Source: Octopus sinensis (Eukaryota). Taken from it: a stretch of 64,000 nucleotides of DNA. Location of the stretch: assembly GCF_006345805.1 (NCBI RefSeq), contig NC_043005.1, positions 34,720,001-34,784,000 of the forward strand, written 5' to 3'. This document shows, piece after piece, positions 25,703 through 40,038 of the stretch. The stretch's first letter is position 1, and every line of letters begins with the position of its first letter. The notes under the pieces were generated by a model. That model searched no databases. It saw nothing but the letters and a program-made list of their open reading frames with translations, and was not told where the DNA came from. The position numbers and the translations under genes were made by a program.

Positions 25703-28700
25703 CGACGTCGATGTTCGCCTGGGGCTAAATGCAACAGTAACACCCCCACCACCCTGCCCTGTCCCTAGCCATATTCAGATGGCTTTAGTCCCTTATGTTA
25801 TCGAGCAGTTACTGTCTATATCTCTTTTAGAGAATTATTAATAATGTATAAACAAATCGGATATTCGTTTTATTTAATTTACTGTAAGATAATGATTACT
25901 TTTCTTTAAAAAAATTAGTATTCCTTATTTCATCATTTTGTACAAGCACTCAAGAAAGTTGGTAACAGTTAAATTATTCTATGTATGCCATATTTCCTGA
26001 TATTACCTGTAGTGGTAAAAGTATACTTATCATCATATGATAGACAACTCTCAAGAAGAAGAAGAAGTAGTAGTAGCAGAAGTAGTAGTAGTAGCAGTTC
26101 TTTCTACTATAGGCACAAATAATAATAATAATAATAATAATGATAAGATATTAAATTAAAATAGACTGATAGGGACATCCTATGAGACAACCTAGATGAA
26201 ATGAAGAGGAAGGTAAAAATAGATTAAAATAGGGAAGTTTATCATTTTTATTATGTATGAATATTTTTATATGAAATTAATACTATTGATTTTGCAGCAT
26301 GGAAGGTGTTTATAAGTATTTAAAAACACACAAAAACCGTTAGATTCACTTCAACATTTAAATTCAATTTGTCAAAATATTTTTGTCGCTTTGAAACCAA
26401 GACCTGTTCACTGACAAAATTCCATGCTCCATCTGAGAAAGTAACAATTAGTTCATGGCAGGTAGGTATGTGTGCATGTAAGTATGTGTACATGCATATG
26501 CATTTGTGCACGCATATATGTGTATGTATGCATGCATGTATGTGCATATGTATCTATGTACTTGTATATGTAGTTGAGTATTTAGGTATGTAAGTGTATA
26601 GACATGTCTATGGGTGTGTATGTACATGTGAACGTATGTTTATGTACTAATTTTCTTCCGTAAGTAGTAGTTAATACAAATTTTTAACAGCAAGTAAATT
26701 TGAAGAGACCTGACAAGAGCTGGAAGATCTTGAAGTGCAGAATAGAATGAACTATCACTAAATGATGTCAGCATGACCTAATGGTCAAAGATGGTAGTTC
26801 TCTGTTGTAGCTGTTACCATGAATCATACCAGAATAGCAGCCATTATCAGTAAATGTCAAAGTAAGACAGCAAATAACTGAAATCAAAAAGAATCTCTCT
26901 TTTTCATGTGTGTATGTATGTATGTATGTATGTATGTATGTATGTGTGTGTGTGTGTGTGTATGTGTGTTTATATATATATATACTCATTGATTTAATGT
27001 TCACTTTTCCATGGTGCAGATGGAATTCACTGAGGTGGATTTTCAATGGCCCAAATGTCCTTCCTGATACCAACCTTCACCTGTGTCTAAGCAAGGTAAT
27101 GTTTCCCCTTTGGCTAGACATGTTTACACAGAATATTGGAAAAAAAGGAGACTGCTTGTATGACAGAGACACTTATTTACAAAAATTGCATGATAAGAAC
27201 ACAAACACACACCTCCATGCATACAAGCTCATAGTTTATATACATATATGAACTTGTCTCATTTTCCATCTCCCAAATCCATTCACATAGTTTTATGTTC
27301 CACCAAGACCCAATAACAACAAAAATGACAATAAAAATGATGAGTAGTGGAGGGGTGCAGGCAGTGTCAGTGGTGAGAGTGATAATGATGATGATGATGA
27401 TGATGATTTAGCACAAGGCCAATTATATAAAGGAGTAGTAAGGGGCACAGCTGATTGGATTGACAGGAGTATGTTACTGGCATTTATCTTACTAAACCTT
27501 GTATAAATTGAGAAGTGAAAGACAAACCCTGACTGCTCCAAAAGGTATTACAATAATAAATAAATAAATTAACAAACTAACAAACAAACAACAACTTCAG
27601 TGCAAATTGAAATGTGAGCACCTATGTTTCTCATCAGATACCATAAATCATCTGGCTTGCTATAAATGTGTGAAATCTAGCAAAAAATGATGATAGCGTC
27701 TTATACATGAAATCTAGCAAAAGTATATTGGTGACTGTAAGAACTCTAGTAACAAACATTACAATGGTATTTTCTAAGAACAACATCAATTTTTGTAGAA
27801 ATTAATCTGCATTATCCAACAGTGTTGAAACTAATTTCATCAAACCAGGATGAAGCAAAGTCACAAATGAATCAGGTTTAATATGAGTTCATGATCTAGA
27901 AGGACAAGACTAAATATTATAAAATAATTTAGTCCAGCACTGTAGTATTTGAGATAACTTCTTTGCCACCACCACCAACAACAATAATTTTTTACAGGCC
28001 ACACATTTTGTTTATGGATATGATTCATTTAATTAATATCATTACCCGACCAGTACTTATTGTACTGACCATCCCAGAAGGATGAAAAGCAAAATCGAAG
28101 TGTGTAATATTTTAGTACAGAATGTAAAGGGACATGATATCAACAGTGTCATCGAAGACACATTGTCCAGTGCTCTACTAACCATGCAGTCCAAGGTGCA
28201 TCATAATTACCTTCGTCATACAAATCATTTACATATTCCTTTGTATTATCAAAAGGGCTAATTACTGTCTGAATTACTAATATTATAAAAAAAAAAATCA
28301 AGGTTCAGATGACTGTAAGGACCAACTTTTGTTTAGTAAAATAATTAGAGAACTTTCAACAAAATGCAGAAAAGACTTGTCCATAGCAGAGACTGACCAC
28401 ACTTCAAAACATTCCATAAAGTTCCTGATTGGCTCCTGTAGATAATAGAACTGTAATAGTGATGTCAATGACAAAAAAAATGAAAAAATACAAATGGCAA
28501 ATTGAAAACCATAAATTAATCTATTCTGATACTAGTATCTTAGTGACTAATGTCAATGAGAAAGTTGGCATATTACAAGATGATTCTATCAAACTTTTGT
28601 TTACTTAAAACTGGTACTAGCAAATCTATTACTGAAGGATACAAACCAAGGCTTACAGGAATGATAATACTAAAGAAGTAAAATCTATTGAATGAAGTGA

Positions 28701-29390
28701 GGACTTGAATAGACGAATTTGGATGGGACAAGAATAGCGAAATAGAGAGGCAGGATCCATTTGGGATTCATCTGGAGCTATGAGAATAGTGGTGAAGTAG
28801 AAGATGTAGAAGAAAGAACAGAAATAAGTCTGCATGATATAGCACATAGAGTCATGATAAATAAATAAAAGACAAAGTAAGGAAATAAGGAAATTGATGT
28901 ATAAGTATAGCTTTAACAACAGAACTTAATTTTACCAAATATCCTGGTCATGTCATTGCTGTTATATGTATTAACATTATTAATTGGACCAAGACTAAAA
29001 AAGAATGATTGGGAAAACAAAAAATTTACAAACAAAGCATAAAATTCAGCAGCCTAAAGCAGACTTTGAATAAAGCATGTAAATAAAGAATGACATCTGA
29101 CAGAGTCAGATGTTGTTGATTAAGATCCCCATGGCAAGCACTATAACAATGTTGAGAAATTACCAAATGGCATCAATTCATCTGATGTTAAACTTAATGA
29201 AGGTATAAATAATTCAATCAGCTCTACTCATCCAGGATTATAAACACACCCAACAATACATCTAACTATATAAATACACTCATCAATAACTGCAGACTAA
29301 CAGAGCTAGGAATTGAAGAGAATATTTGAAACTTAGCATATATGCTTCTTAGGAAGAAGCATATATTCATAATATTAGACAACTTAATAA

Positions 29391-29575
29391 GATGCCAGAA
29401 AAATTACTTAGCAGCATTTCTTTTGAATTTACATTTTTAGTTCAAATACTGCCAGGGTTTATTTTGTCTTTCATCCTTTTGGGGTTGTTAAATAAGTACC
29501 AGTTGAACACTGGAGTCAATGTAGTTGACTTACCCCTTCCCTGAAATTGCTGGCCTTGTGCCAAAATTTGAAACC
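29391..29575 (+). mobile_element. SINE family B, 5'-damaged, 20-bp TSD
   Basis: AATATTAGACAACTTAATAA (29371-90) / AATATTAGATAACTTAATAA (29576-95). Confidence 0.85.
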
Positions 29576-31102
29576 AATATTAGATAACTTAATAACAAAG
29601 CAGAAACTGTAACATGGATTAGAAGAACAGAAGTTCGAGAAGCAATAAATTAGTAGCAATGGCAGTCTGAGAACAAACAAACACTGGCTGTGAGATATTA
29701 CAAAACACTAAACCTATTGGTAGTATGAACTTGCTGGTGCTACTACATAGAGGTACAACAGAGAATTAAGTGGAGGCAGATGAGGTACAGCAAAAGAACA
29801 GCAGTAAGTGTACTGATAGTAGCAGCAGACGAATATCAGAAACTGATATCCAGAATTACAAAGTGAAGATATTGAAACCAACAAATTAATACTAAATGCA
29901 ATTTAGTATTAATGCTAAAGGCAATTTGATGAAACAGTCAAAGATATTGTATTGAGACATAACAATATTGACTAAATGAGAGTGTATGGTGGTATATGTA
30001 TGTATATGTGTGTGTGTACACACACATAGGCTGGCTCCAAGCAATGAGGGTGATGGTGCCATGAAAAGAGCAGAGTTGATGGTGCCACATAAAAAGCATC
30101 CAGTATACTCTGTAAAGTGGTTGGCGTTAAGATGAGCATCCATCCGGAGAAACCCTGCGAGAACAGACAATAGGGCTTAATGTGACCACATCCCTACTAG
30201 CCTTATAAACTTGTGTCAAACTGTTCAACCCATGCCAGCACAGAAAACAGATGTTAAATTATGATGATGTATGTATGTATGTATGTATGTATGTATGAGT
30301 GTATGTATGTTATGTATGTATGTATGTATGTTTGTATGTATGCATGCATGCATAAACACATAACTGTGTTGTTACCTAATATCTAGTTATTTAATACCAG
30401 TGTGAAACTGATTTGTAAGATCAGCTAAAATGTATCTATAATACTGTACAATTTGATTAGCACACCCACACAATTGACAAATATACATGTGCTTATTTTG
30501 CTCTGACTTATAGATTCTTAGACAACAATTTGTGTGTGTGTGTGCATGTGTGTGTGTATGTGTACATATATTTACACAGTGCATTGATTAAAGATAACTG
30601 CCCAGATATCATCAGTAGAGCTGATAAAATAAAGCATGATGCCACATGGGTGTGTCTACACCAATGGATAAAATATATTTGCCAAAAGAGTGAAAACAAA
30701 ACTAAAAAGTAGAAGGAACTGGAAACCAAATAAATACTGAGTAGAGAAGGTTAGCAATGACTTGAGCTCATTACAATAGGAACACTGTGCCTATAACAAT
30801 AGAAACACTATAAAGGAGCATTATGCCTTACCAATAGGATCACTGTGCCTATTATTTTCAAAGAAGTGTTCTATTAACAAAGTAACAACTCTAGAGTTGT
30901 TCTAACACAGTCTCAGTTTCATGAGTTGTAGAAGACAATATAGTCAGTCACAAGATAAAAGACTCATAAAATTAAAGTAAAAGAACTAGACATTTAACAA
31001 GTATATTTCTTTGGGGTTCTTAACAGGTTTGGTAAATATAACCAATAACACAGTTCTGGAGGTACCAGTCAGAACAAACAACAACAACAATAATACTGCT
31101 TC

Positions 31103-31324
31103 TTAAACCATTTTGTTACCATCTTTTCTTCTAAAATATGCTGCCTTCTGTTGATTAATTTTGAGAAAAAAAAAAAGAATTTAGTAAAATAATTTGTCAC
31201 TATTAAATGGTGTTTCAGACATAACATGAAATTTTAATGGAAGGTCTTAATTTAAATCGGTTTAAAAAGAAGTGTGTATCCTAGAACCAGGGGCGTCTTA
31301 GGTGGATTTGTATCAAAAGGGCCA
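31103..31324. mobile_element. Degenerate piggyBac-type MITE related to 20934-21308
   Basis: TTAAACCATTTTGTTACC ... GTATCAAAAGGG; shared AAAGAATTT(A/T)GTAAA core. Confidence 0.6.
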
Positions 31325-31491
31325 AAAAAGTATAAGTTTTTAGATTAAAAGAATTAAGTTCCTTTCGAAGCGTATACATCTATTTTCCAAAAATACTTTT
31401 CACTTAATTTTTATAATTATTTCTTAAAGATGAATGGTATTTTTTATTTATTTAGTTTTGCCAAACACCAGATTGAAATATTAGAAGAGGT

Positions 31492-31705
31492 TTAAGGCAG
31501 AGAGTTGGCAGAATCATTAGCAAGCCAGGCAAAATGTTCAGTGGCATTTCATCTGTCTTTTATGTTCTGAGCTCAAATTTCGGAGTCAACTTTGCCTTTC
31601 ATCTTTTTGGGGTCAATAAAACAAATAACATTTGAGCACTGGGGTTGATGTAATCAACTTAGCCCCTTCCCCAAAACTGTTGGTCTTGTGCCAAAATTTG
31701 AAACC
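31492..31705 (+). mobile_element. Full SINE family B, 15-bp TSD
   Basis: AATATTAGAAGAGGT at 31477-91 and 31706-20. Confidence 0.9.
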
Positions 31706-31862
31706 AATATTAGAAGAGGTCTTGAAAGCTTGACCTTAAAGTTTCTGGTTGTTGCAATGCTTAAGAATAAGACTTAGACATAGGTCTGCCATGTGGTCTG
31801 AGACTTGTAAGGCTGGAGTGTAACCTAGATTTTATGTTGTATAAGTAACCAAGATTACAACA

Positions 31863-32068
31863 CCCCTCACCTGACAGGACACCAGCCCATCACAGGGTTA
31901 ACTTCCCAACTATTGCTGAAACTCATTTACAGCTGAGTGGATTGGAGTAACATGAAATGAGGGGTTTTGATCAAAGAACACAACACACCACCCAGTTATC
32001 TGGGAATTGAAACCACAATTGTAAGATCATGAGTGCATAACCCTAACCACTAGGCCACGCATCTTCAC
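31863..32068 (-). mobile_element. SINE family C (tRNA head plus Deu/Nin-like core)
   Basis: CTCATTTACAGCTGAGTGGATTGGAG..GGGAATTGAAACC..CCACTAGGCCAC; domain naming from memory. Confidence 0.65.
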
Positions 32069-33379
32069 CACAACAAGGAATATAATAAGCACAAGACTAC
32101 ACAGCCAAATGGTTAAGTGCCAAACTCACAACCTAGGGTTCAATGATATAAATCCTGGCAACTCTCATTTCATAGCTTCATTCTTATTAATTCTATTAAC
32201 AAATTTAGTACTCCTTTCAGTTATATATTTTCCATGAAACTTTAGCTGGGTTTTTTTTTTCTCACAAGCTCAATGACATTTCCTATTACAACCACAATAC
32301 AATTTATGTCAATAATTTCTGTATTTAACTAAAGACCAAACATAAATATTTGTCTCATGCCACCAAAATAATCTCCCACACAATATATCACTGGCATTTA
32401 AGAAAGCGGTACCACCTTACATTAAATTGTCTACTTCCTCTTCAAAAGCTTTCCTGTAATAACCTTTCTTTATCATTTAAATGAAGACAAAATATCCTTA
32501 TTTCTCTTTCAACTTCATTATCGAAGTAAAGTTCATTAAATTGTGATTCTAAAAATCAATTACCAAATTTTCAAACTGACAAAAATAAGAAATGTAATGA
32601 AATTTATTTTTTAAAAAAAGATCAAATAACAGCTTGAAGGAATTGGTTAAATTCTACAATTATGTCAAGAAAACTTTATCAGTTTCAGTCTCATTCTATA
32701 ATCACACAAACACTTACACATGTGTGTACACAGATCTTATTGTCTACATTCAATACAATCTGAAGTAACATGAAGCCAACATTTTTTGAAACCTGATAGA
32801 AGCCCTTCTGGTTTTGCACACTGCATCAGCTCAGTGCTCTACCAACCAATAAATCCACTCCCATTCCCAAACCCTAACACAACTGCTGCCACCCCTTCTA
32901 CACTGAAGAGAGTTACATTCAGTTATGCTTACTGCAAGGTAGAACATTCCTTATCTGTAATGTTTTTGTTCCAAGTCTACATAATCAATCTAAATTTTGC
33001 AAGGAGAAAGCAACAGAACGTGCCCCCTGCCACCTCTCCAAATATGAATATCTAGGAATAAGAATAGAAAGAAGGAGGAGGAGGAGGAGGAGGAAAAGAA
33101 AAATTAGATGAAGGAACACAGGGTAAAAAGGATAACTCAGAAACTGTAGAAGGTAAGGAAAAAGAAATTGAAAAATGGGGAAATAAATGAAGAACATGAA
33201 AAAAATGGAGGAAAATGAGAGAAAAATAATATATGTAAGGAATAAGAAAAAAAAGTAGAAGGTGGGGTGCACAACAGACAGAGAAGAAGAGAAAAGAAAT
33301 CAACGGAAGAGATAAATAGAGAGTTTAAGAAAGATGTTTGGTGTCCCACCAGTAAAACTAGAGGTGGGCTGGGAAACTT

Positions 33380-33382
<3 letters not shown>

Positions 33383-33457
<75 letters not shown>

Positions 33458-33491
33458 CATATATGTACATATATATATATATATACATATA

Positions 33492-33547
<56 letters not shown>

Positions 33548-33605
33548 TATATATACACATATATATATATATATTATATATATATATATATGTACATATA
33601 TATAT

Positions 33606-33648
<43 letters not shown>

Positions 33649-33657
33649 TATATATAT

Positions 33658-33740
<83 letters not shown>

Positions 33741-33765
33741 ATGTGTGTATGCATACATACATGTG
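33383..33765. repeat. Long compound (TA)n microsatellite
   Basis: About 380 bp of TA with recurring TGTACATA/CACACA interruptions; source of the YIYI pseudo-ORFs. Confidence 0.97.
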
Positions 33766-34261
33766 TGTGCATATCATTTACTCTCACAGCTATTTTCTTC
33801 CATAACTGATTCAGCATTTGAGATAGGATTTACTTGATAAGAAGTTTTCCTTTTGCATCAGAACACCCTAACCTAACAGTAGCAGCAGCAGCCAGTAAAA
33901 CTTCTTTTTCCATCTTGCATTTTTTTCCCCTTACAGAAAAGCATAAGTGTATGCACTTAAATTTACTTTTGTTTAACTTGGATGATGTTGGTGTGTATGT
34001 GTGTGAAAGGATTTAAGAGTATGCATAAGAATGCACAAGTGTGAACATATGTGAACAATTTATGCATCAATTTGGAAGAAGATCATTAAACGGTGATGTG
34101 TGCATGTATATATATATGCATACATACAAGTATATTAATATAGTCAGGAGATAATTCTTGTGGTGTTCAGAGGTATGATAAAACAAACATATGTACTGAA
34201 ACAAGCATGCGGTAACACACACACATACACACTTCTTTTAGCAGATATATTTGTTTTATCA

Positions 34262-34547
34262 TACGTGGTCGTTGCCAGCCTTACCTGGCTCCCGTGCCGG
34301 TGGCACGTAAAAAGCACCATCCGATCGTGGCCGTTTGACAGCCACATCTGGCACCTGTGCCAGTGGCACGTAAAATGCACCCACTACACTCACGGAGTGG
34401 TTGGCGTTAGGAAGGGCATCCAGCCGTAGACACATTGCCAGATCAGACTGGGCCTGGTGCAGCCTTCTGGCTTCCCAGACCCCAGTTGAACCGTCCAACC
34501 CATGCTAGCATGGAAAGCGGACGCTAAACGATGATGATGATGATGAT
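34262..34547 (+). mobile_element. Young RTE-tail short copy
   Basis: One 62-bp-type unit plus complete tail to (GAT)n. Confidence 0.85.
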
Positions 34548-36399
34548 ACCTCTGTACACTACAAGAATCATCTCCCATCCTGAAAATCACATGCTATCAC
34601 ACACACACACAACTGCGACCAATCCCCTACTTCTGATAATATCCTCTCAACCTTCTTCCTATTCCTTCATTTAATAATCTTCATGCCTTCAAACACTTGG
34701 CCGGGATCTTTCTGGATAACTCTTCAAAGTTTGTTTTAATTTCATTTTGTACAACACTGCATCAGTTAGTCCCCATCACCACTAAGATCCTGTCTCACCT
34801 TTCAGTTTGTTCAAGCAAGTTTGATCAGCTTGTTCAAGCAAGAATTAATTGCCATTCTCATTTCTAACTCTGTCACTCAGGCCATGTCAATATATATTCC
34901 TCCATTTTCCTTCATTGACCCATCAAGTTGTTTATTTTTTATTTCCTTCAACTTTGCTCAGAGTAAATCTTTCACTGAGCTGCCTCCAATCAGCTGGGAA
35001 TAACTGCCAGAACAAGCAAATGACTGAAGAGGTCAAAGAATTTAAGAAAATAAGATTATTTGTATTCCTCTTTCTTTCTAACTAACACCTGCCACCTTTC
35101 ATCTGTCCCTCTCTCTCTCTCTCTCAATGTTTTCTTTATATCACAACCTCACAGAAAAATATTACTAAAATGTTTAAAAAAGCTTTATTGTTATTTATGC
35201 TTGTGAAATCTGTACTGAATGACTTTTGTAAAAACGTATCATTGGTGCAGTGATTAAATCCACTCCTGTTTATAATGTTGCTCATTTTTACTCATGTTCG
35301 TTTCCTTTAAAATCTGAAATAAGTTAATGATGGAGACAGAAAGACAAAACTGCAAGATTATCTGAAGCAACAGCAAACAGTGATACAAAGGAACGATAAC
35401 TAAAGGCTTGTGTATTTGTTGCAGACAAGCATGTACAACCAATATTGTCAATTACCATGTGCTACTGCAAACTCATTTATAAGATGAAACTTCTTGCAAG
35501 TAGCACGAAAGAATGGCGATTAAACAGAAAAAAAATAATGAATAGATAAACAAAGAGAAATTACGAAAAACAGAAAGTAAACTGAAGTGAGCAAATTTTG
35601 GCCAGTTAGCAGTGTTTACTAATGAGACATTCTGTACTAAATTAAGCCAAGATAACATGGTGACTTTGGTTTCAAAAACAGAGTTGTTTACATACTCAAA
35701 GACTAATGTCAAAATTAAAAGTACTTTGTGACTAATGAAGCACTATAAGTAGGTAGGAAGCCAACAAGACAACCAATAGTCACAATCATTGTATACTTTA
35801 GGAATGACACCAGACAACAGCCAACATTTTAGCAATTTTTTTCTAATGTGGGGTTGTGATATAAAGAAAACAGTGAGAGAGGACTATTTATAGTATCATC
35901 ATCATCATCATCATCATTTTATCATGCACTTCTCCATGCTTGCATGGGTTGGATGGAGTTTATTGGAGATTTTCTTTGGCTGGATGCCCTTCCATTCGCC
36001 AACCTTCACCTGTTCCCAAGCAAAGTAACTTTTATCATGGCCAAACATATTTTTGCAGAATATCGGAAATGAATGATACTGCTTGTATGACAGTGACACT
36101 GACTCACAAATACAACGCAATGCCAAGACAAGGATACACACATGCTACATTTCTTTCAGTTTCCATCTATCAAATCCACTCATAAGGATTTAGTAGGCCT
36201 GAAGCAAATAGAGAGGACACTTGCCCTAGGTGGCACACAAAGGGACTGAGCCCACAAACATGTGGTTGGGAAACAAACTTTCTTGACCACAAAGCCACAC
36301 TTATGGTTCATCAAAAGCCTTGTGAAAAATTCAAATAGTAACTTCTTTCTCTGCACACCATATCATATAATTTATTTTATTCTTTTACTCTTTCAATTG

Positions 36400-36692
36400 T
36401 TTCACTCATTCAAAATTTTACTTGAATGAATTGATCCGAGTACTTTTTTTTTAAAGCCTAGTGCTTATTCTACTGGTCCCTTTTACCAAACTGCTAAGTC
36501 ACAAGGATGTAAACAACCTAACAGCAGTTGTCAAGCAATGGTGGGGAACAAAGACACAGAGACACACACACACATACACACACATACACACACAATAAGC
36601 TTCTTTCAGCTTCCATCTACCAAATCCACTCACAAGGCTTTGGTTAGCCTAAGGCCACAGTAGAAGACACTTGCCCAAGATGCCACACAGTG
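36400..36692 (-). mobile_element. SINE family A, truncated at the hairpin that follows
   Basis: Matches family A up to GCCACACAGTG; the tRNA head is missing. Confidence 0.75.
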
Positions 36693-36759
36693 TTTTAACA
36701 CCAAACAATCTTCACAGTGTTTGAGAAGCACTTACTGTGAAGATTGTTTGGTGTTAAAA
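36693..36759. other. Perfect 26-bp stem, 15-nt loop hairpin
   Basis: TTTTAACACCAAACAATCTTCACAGT / ACTGTGAAGATTGTTTGGTGTTAAAA. Confidence 0.95.
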
Positions 36760-38703
36760 TCTAAACTAATGAGAGTATGTGACCAGGAACTAGACTAATG
36801 TGATTTCAAATCTAACTATAACTGCATCATTATCCTTCAATTAGGTGTCAAAAGAAGCTTAAGAACATATTGTTATGTACAGAATGTGATGATAAATTTA
36901 ACAACTTCAACTAAGGTTAATTATTTTGTTCACCACACACCAGCTATCATAGCATGACTAAGCATGTTTATATACTCATAAAGAGATTACAATGTAAATA
37001 TTAGTTTATATCTGCATCTTGTTGTATATCTTGTTTAATCTTTCCACTTCAGTTATGTCCAACATGAGGAAATTACATCAAGTCAGTTGTTAAACCTAAA
37101 GGAAAGTCACTCCAACTGGTAGATCACAGATAAATATTCATGATAGTGGCATTTATAATACTATGCATGCATATGTGTGTGTATATATGTGTATATATAT
37201 ATATGTGTATATATATATATATGAAAATTGAAGGTCAGATGCTATATATATATATGTATATGTGTGTGTGTGTGTGTGTGTGTATACATATATACATGTT
37301 GAAAATCAGATAACAAGTATAAGTTTTCAAGGTGTGAGGAAATTACACGAGATTTCAGACATGCTTTTTTTTTTTTTTTGTGATAAAGTCAATTTGTCCC
37401 AACACTACAAAGAGATGGAATATTTCTTCAATGTTAATGAAAAAAAAAATACATATGAGGTATGGATGGGATTGAGTGTGTAAAAAGCACAAAGCAAGAC
37501 TAATGTTGAAAATAATAATGTTAATATACTTATAGATCACTTTTTTTAACCAGACTATCAGATGACTGTCTACATTACTGATCACAATGTGCTACCATAA
37601 TTCCCTTGAGAGTACCTTTCTCTTCTGCTTGGGCCCTCACTGTTACATTATATCATTTCATATCATCTTGGAAATTTTATGCATGGTCTGTCCTGATCTC
37701 TTAGATACCATTCAACAACTGCACAAGTCCACTTGTTTGTCAGCCTTCCAACATGTCCAACCCAGCAGAACTTGTATTTTTGGTATTTCATGATTAAACC
37801 AATCACTTCACCCATTTTCAAATTACCTTGTTTCAGATATGCTCCCCAAATAGTATTCCTAACATGGATCTTTCCATGATCATCTGTGCCTTAGCTTGTT
37901 GTTGTTCTTCCTTTCCACAGAAGTCTATATCTCCCTTGCATATAAGAATGCAGGTATGACAGTGCTCTAGAAGAGATTGTCATGTAGAGTCTTGACCAGC
38001 TGTGCTTTGAACACATCTTTAATCAAAGCAAGCACTTTCCACTCAGCTCTTACTCGGTGTGAGATCTCAACATTTCTGTCTCAGCATATATTTACTCTCT
38101 GACCTAATGATATACTCCTTTACCGCTCCGATTTCATAATTTTCTCACCACAGGAGACACAATCTATAGCTTTTACTCTTTATAAATTATTTATAATATC
38201 AGGGATGATCTTACAATATTTTTTAAAAACTTGACTTGACAATGGAGCTACTACCTTGTCTAACCTACTAAAAATATCAGCCAAATATCCTTTATATGTC
38301 ATCACAACATTACTTATTATAAAAAATTATAGGTCATACCAGATAACAAAGTCTTATATATCTAGTGTGATTAAAAAACAGAAAAAGAAAAAGTCATGGT
38401 GGTCATAACTGGAACATGAGTCTAACCAATCAGAGCTTACCTGGAATTCAACAATAACAACATTTGAAAACATAGGAACCAAATTCTGTTTAGAAGTCTA
38501 AAGGCTTGTAGGCAACAACAGTATTTCAACAATACTTCATCATTAATACCAAGAACAATGAAACAATAAAATTAAATTAATAAGTTTCTTTTTTCATTAT
38601 GTCATTAATAAAAAAAAAACAAGAATGTATTAATGCTAATGCAATTTCTTCATGTCAATAATAAAAGCTGCATTACTCAGGACTAGAGGAGAAATTTCAG
38701 GTG

Positions 38704-39992
38704 TGGAATCAAGGTCTAAAATTGAAGGGCCTTAAAATCAATCTAGCAAAAACCAAAGTCTTAGCAAGTAGAAAGGCAGACAAACCACAAGTCTCTTCAA
38801 GCAGATGGCCCTGCTTGATCTGTAGAAAAGGCATAGGTAGAAACTCCATAAGATGTACCCATTGTAAGCTATAGACACATAAGAGGTGCAGCAATATCAA
38901 AGGAAGGTTAACTGGGAAGATAGTTTTTGTGTGTGGCAGATGCACAGGGGCAATAAACACTGAAAATGTGCAGAAAACAGCTTCCATCACATGCCAGGAG
39001 AAAAGAATCAGAACTAGGTGATAGCTTCCATTACCTAGGTGACCAAATCAGTAGCAGAGGTGAACACTCTGAGAATGTAGCTACTAGACTAAGTATAGCC
39101 TGGGCAAAGTTCAAAGAGCTCCTACCTCTGTTGGTAACAAAGGGCCTTTTGTTCAAAGTGAAAGGTAGACTGTATGATGCATGTGTGCAAACGTCTATGC
39201 TACATGGAAGGGAAACATAGGCTGTGACAGCTGAGGACATGCACAGGTTTGAAAGAAATGAAGCTAGTATGCTCTGCTGGATGTGTAATGTCAATGTGCA
39301 TACATGACAGAGTGTAAGCACTCTGAGAGAAGAGTCGAACATAAGAAGCATCAGATGTGGTGTGCAAGAGAGACAACTGCACTGGTATGATCATCTGTTA
39401 TGTATGGATGAAAATAGCTGTGTGAAGAGTCACACCCAAACAGTGAAGGGAACCTGTGGAAGAGGTAGACCTAGGAAGACCTGGGATGAGATGGTGAAGC
39501 ATAACCTTTGAACTTTGGGCCTTACAAAGGCCATAACAAGTGACCTAGACCTTTGGAGATATGCAGTACTTGAGAAGATCCAGCAAGCCGGGTGAGATCA
39601 TTGTCATGGCCTATGCCAGTGTTGCATAACTGGCCCATTTAAGAGTACCCTTCAATCATCGAGCAATATACTGTGCTTGAGAAGACCCGTTGAGTCAAGT
39701 GAAATTGTTGTCCTGGCTGATGCCAGTACTTCCCGACTGGCACCTGTACCAGTGGCACTTAAATGGCATCATTTGAACATGGCCAATATTAGTGCTGCCA
39801 GACTGGCTTCTGTGCTGGTGGCACGTAAAAAGCACCCACTACACTCTTGGAATGGTTGGCGTTAGGAAGGGCATCCAGCTATAGAAACCTTACATCAGAT
39901 TGGAGCCTGGTACAGCCTCCTGGCTTGCCAGTCCTCAGTCAAACCATCCACCCCATGCCAGCATGGAATGCAGATGTTAAATAATGGTGATG

Positions 39993-39994
<2 letters not shown>
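38704..39994 (+). mobile_element. 5'-truncated RTE LINE (ORF end, 3' UTR, tail)
   Basis: DSFHYLGDQISS..AWAKFKELLPLLVTKG..KGRLYDACVQ..GRGRPRKTWDE; ends (GAT)n then (TA)n. Confidence 0.92.
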
Positions 39995-40037
<43 letters not shown>

Positions 40038-40038
40038 T

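Noticed and set aside
28653-29900. Coding-looking purine-rich stretches
   Set aside because: The frames I translated contain stops and no motif I could assign; possibly very old TE debris
33137-33837. Long ORFs of 104-226 aa
   Set aside because: Read-through of (TA)n giving YIYI
36686-36713. RAG/Transib RSS (CACAGTG + 12 bp + nonamer)
   Set aside because: Nonamer only 5/9; the heptamer is ordinary SINE-A sequence
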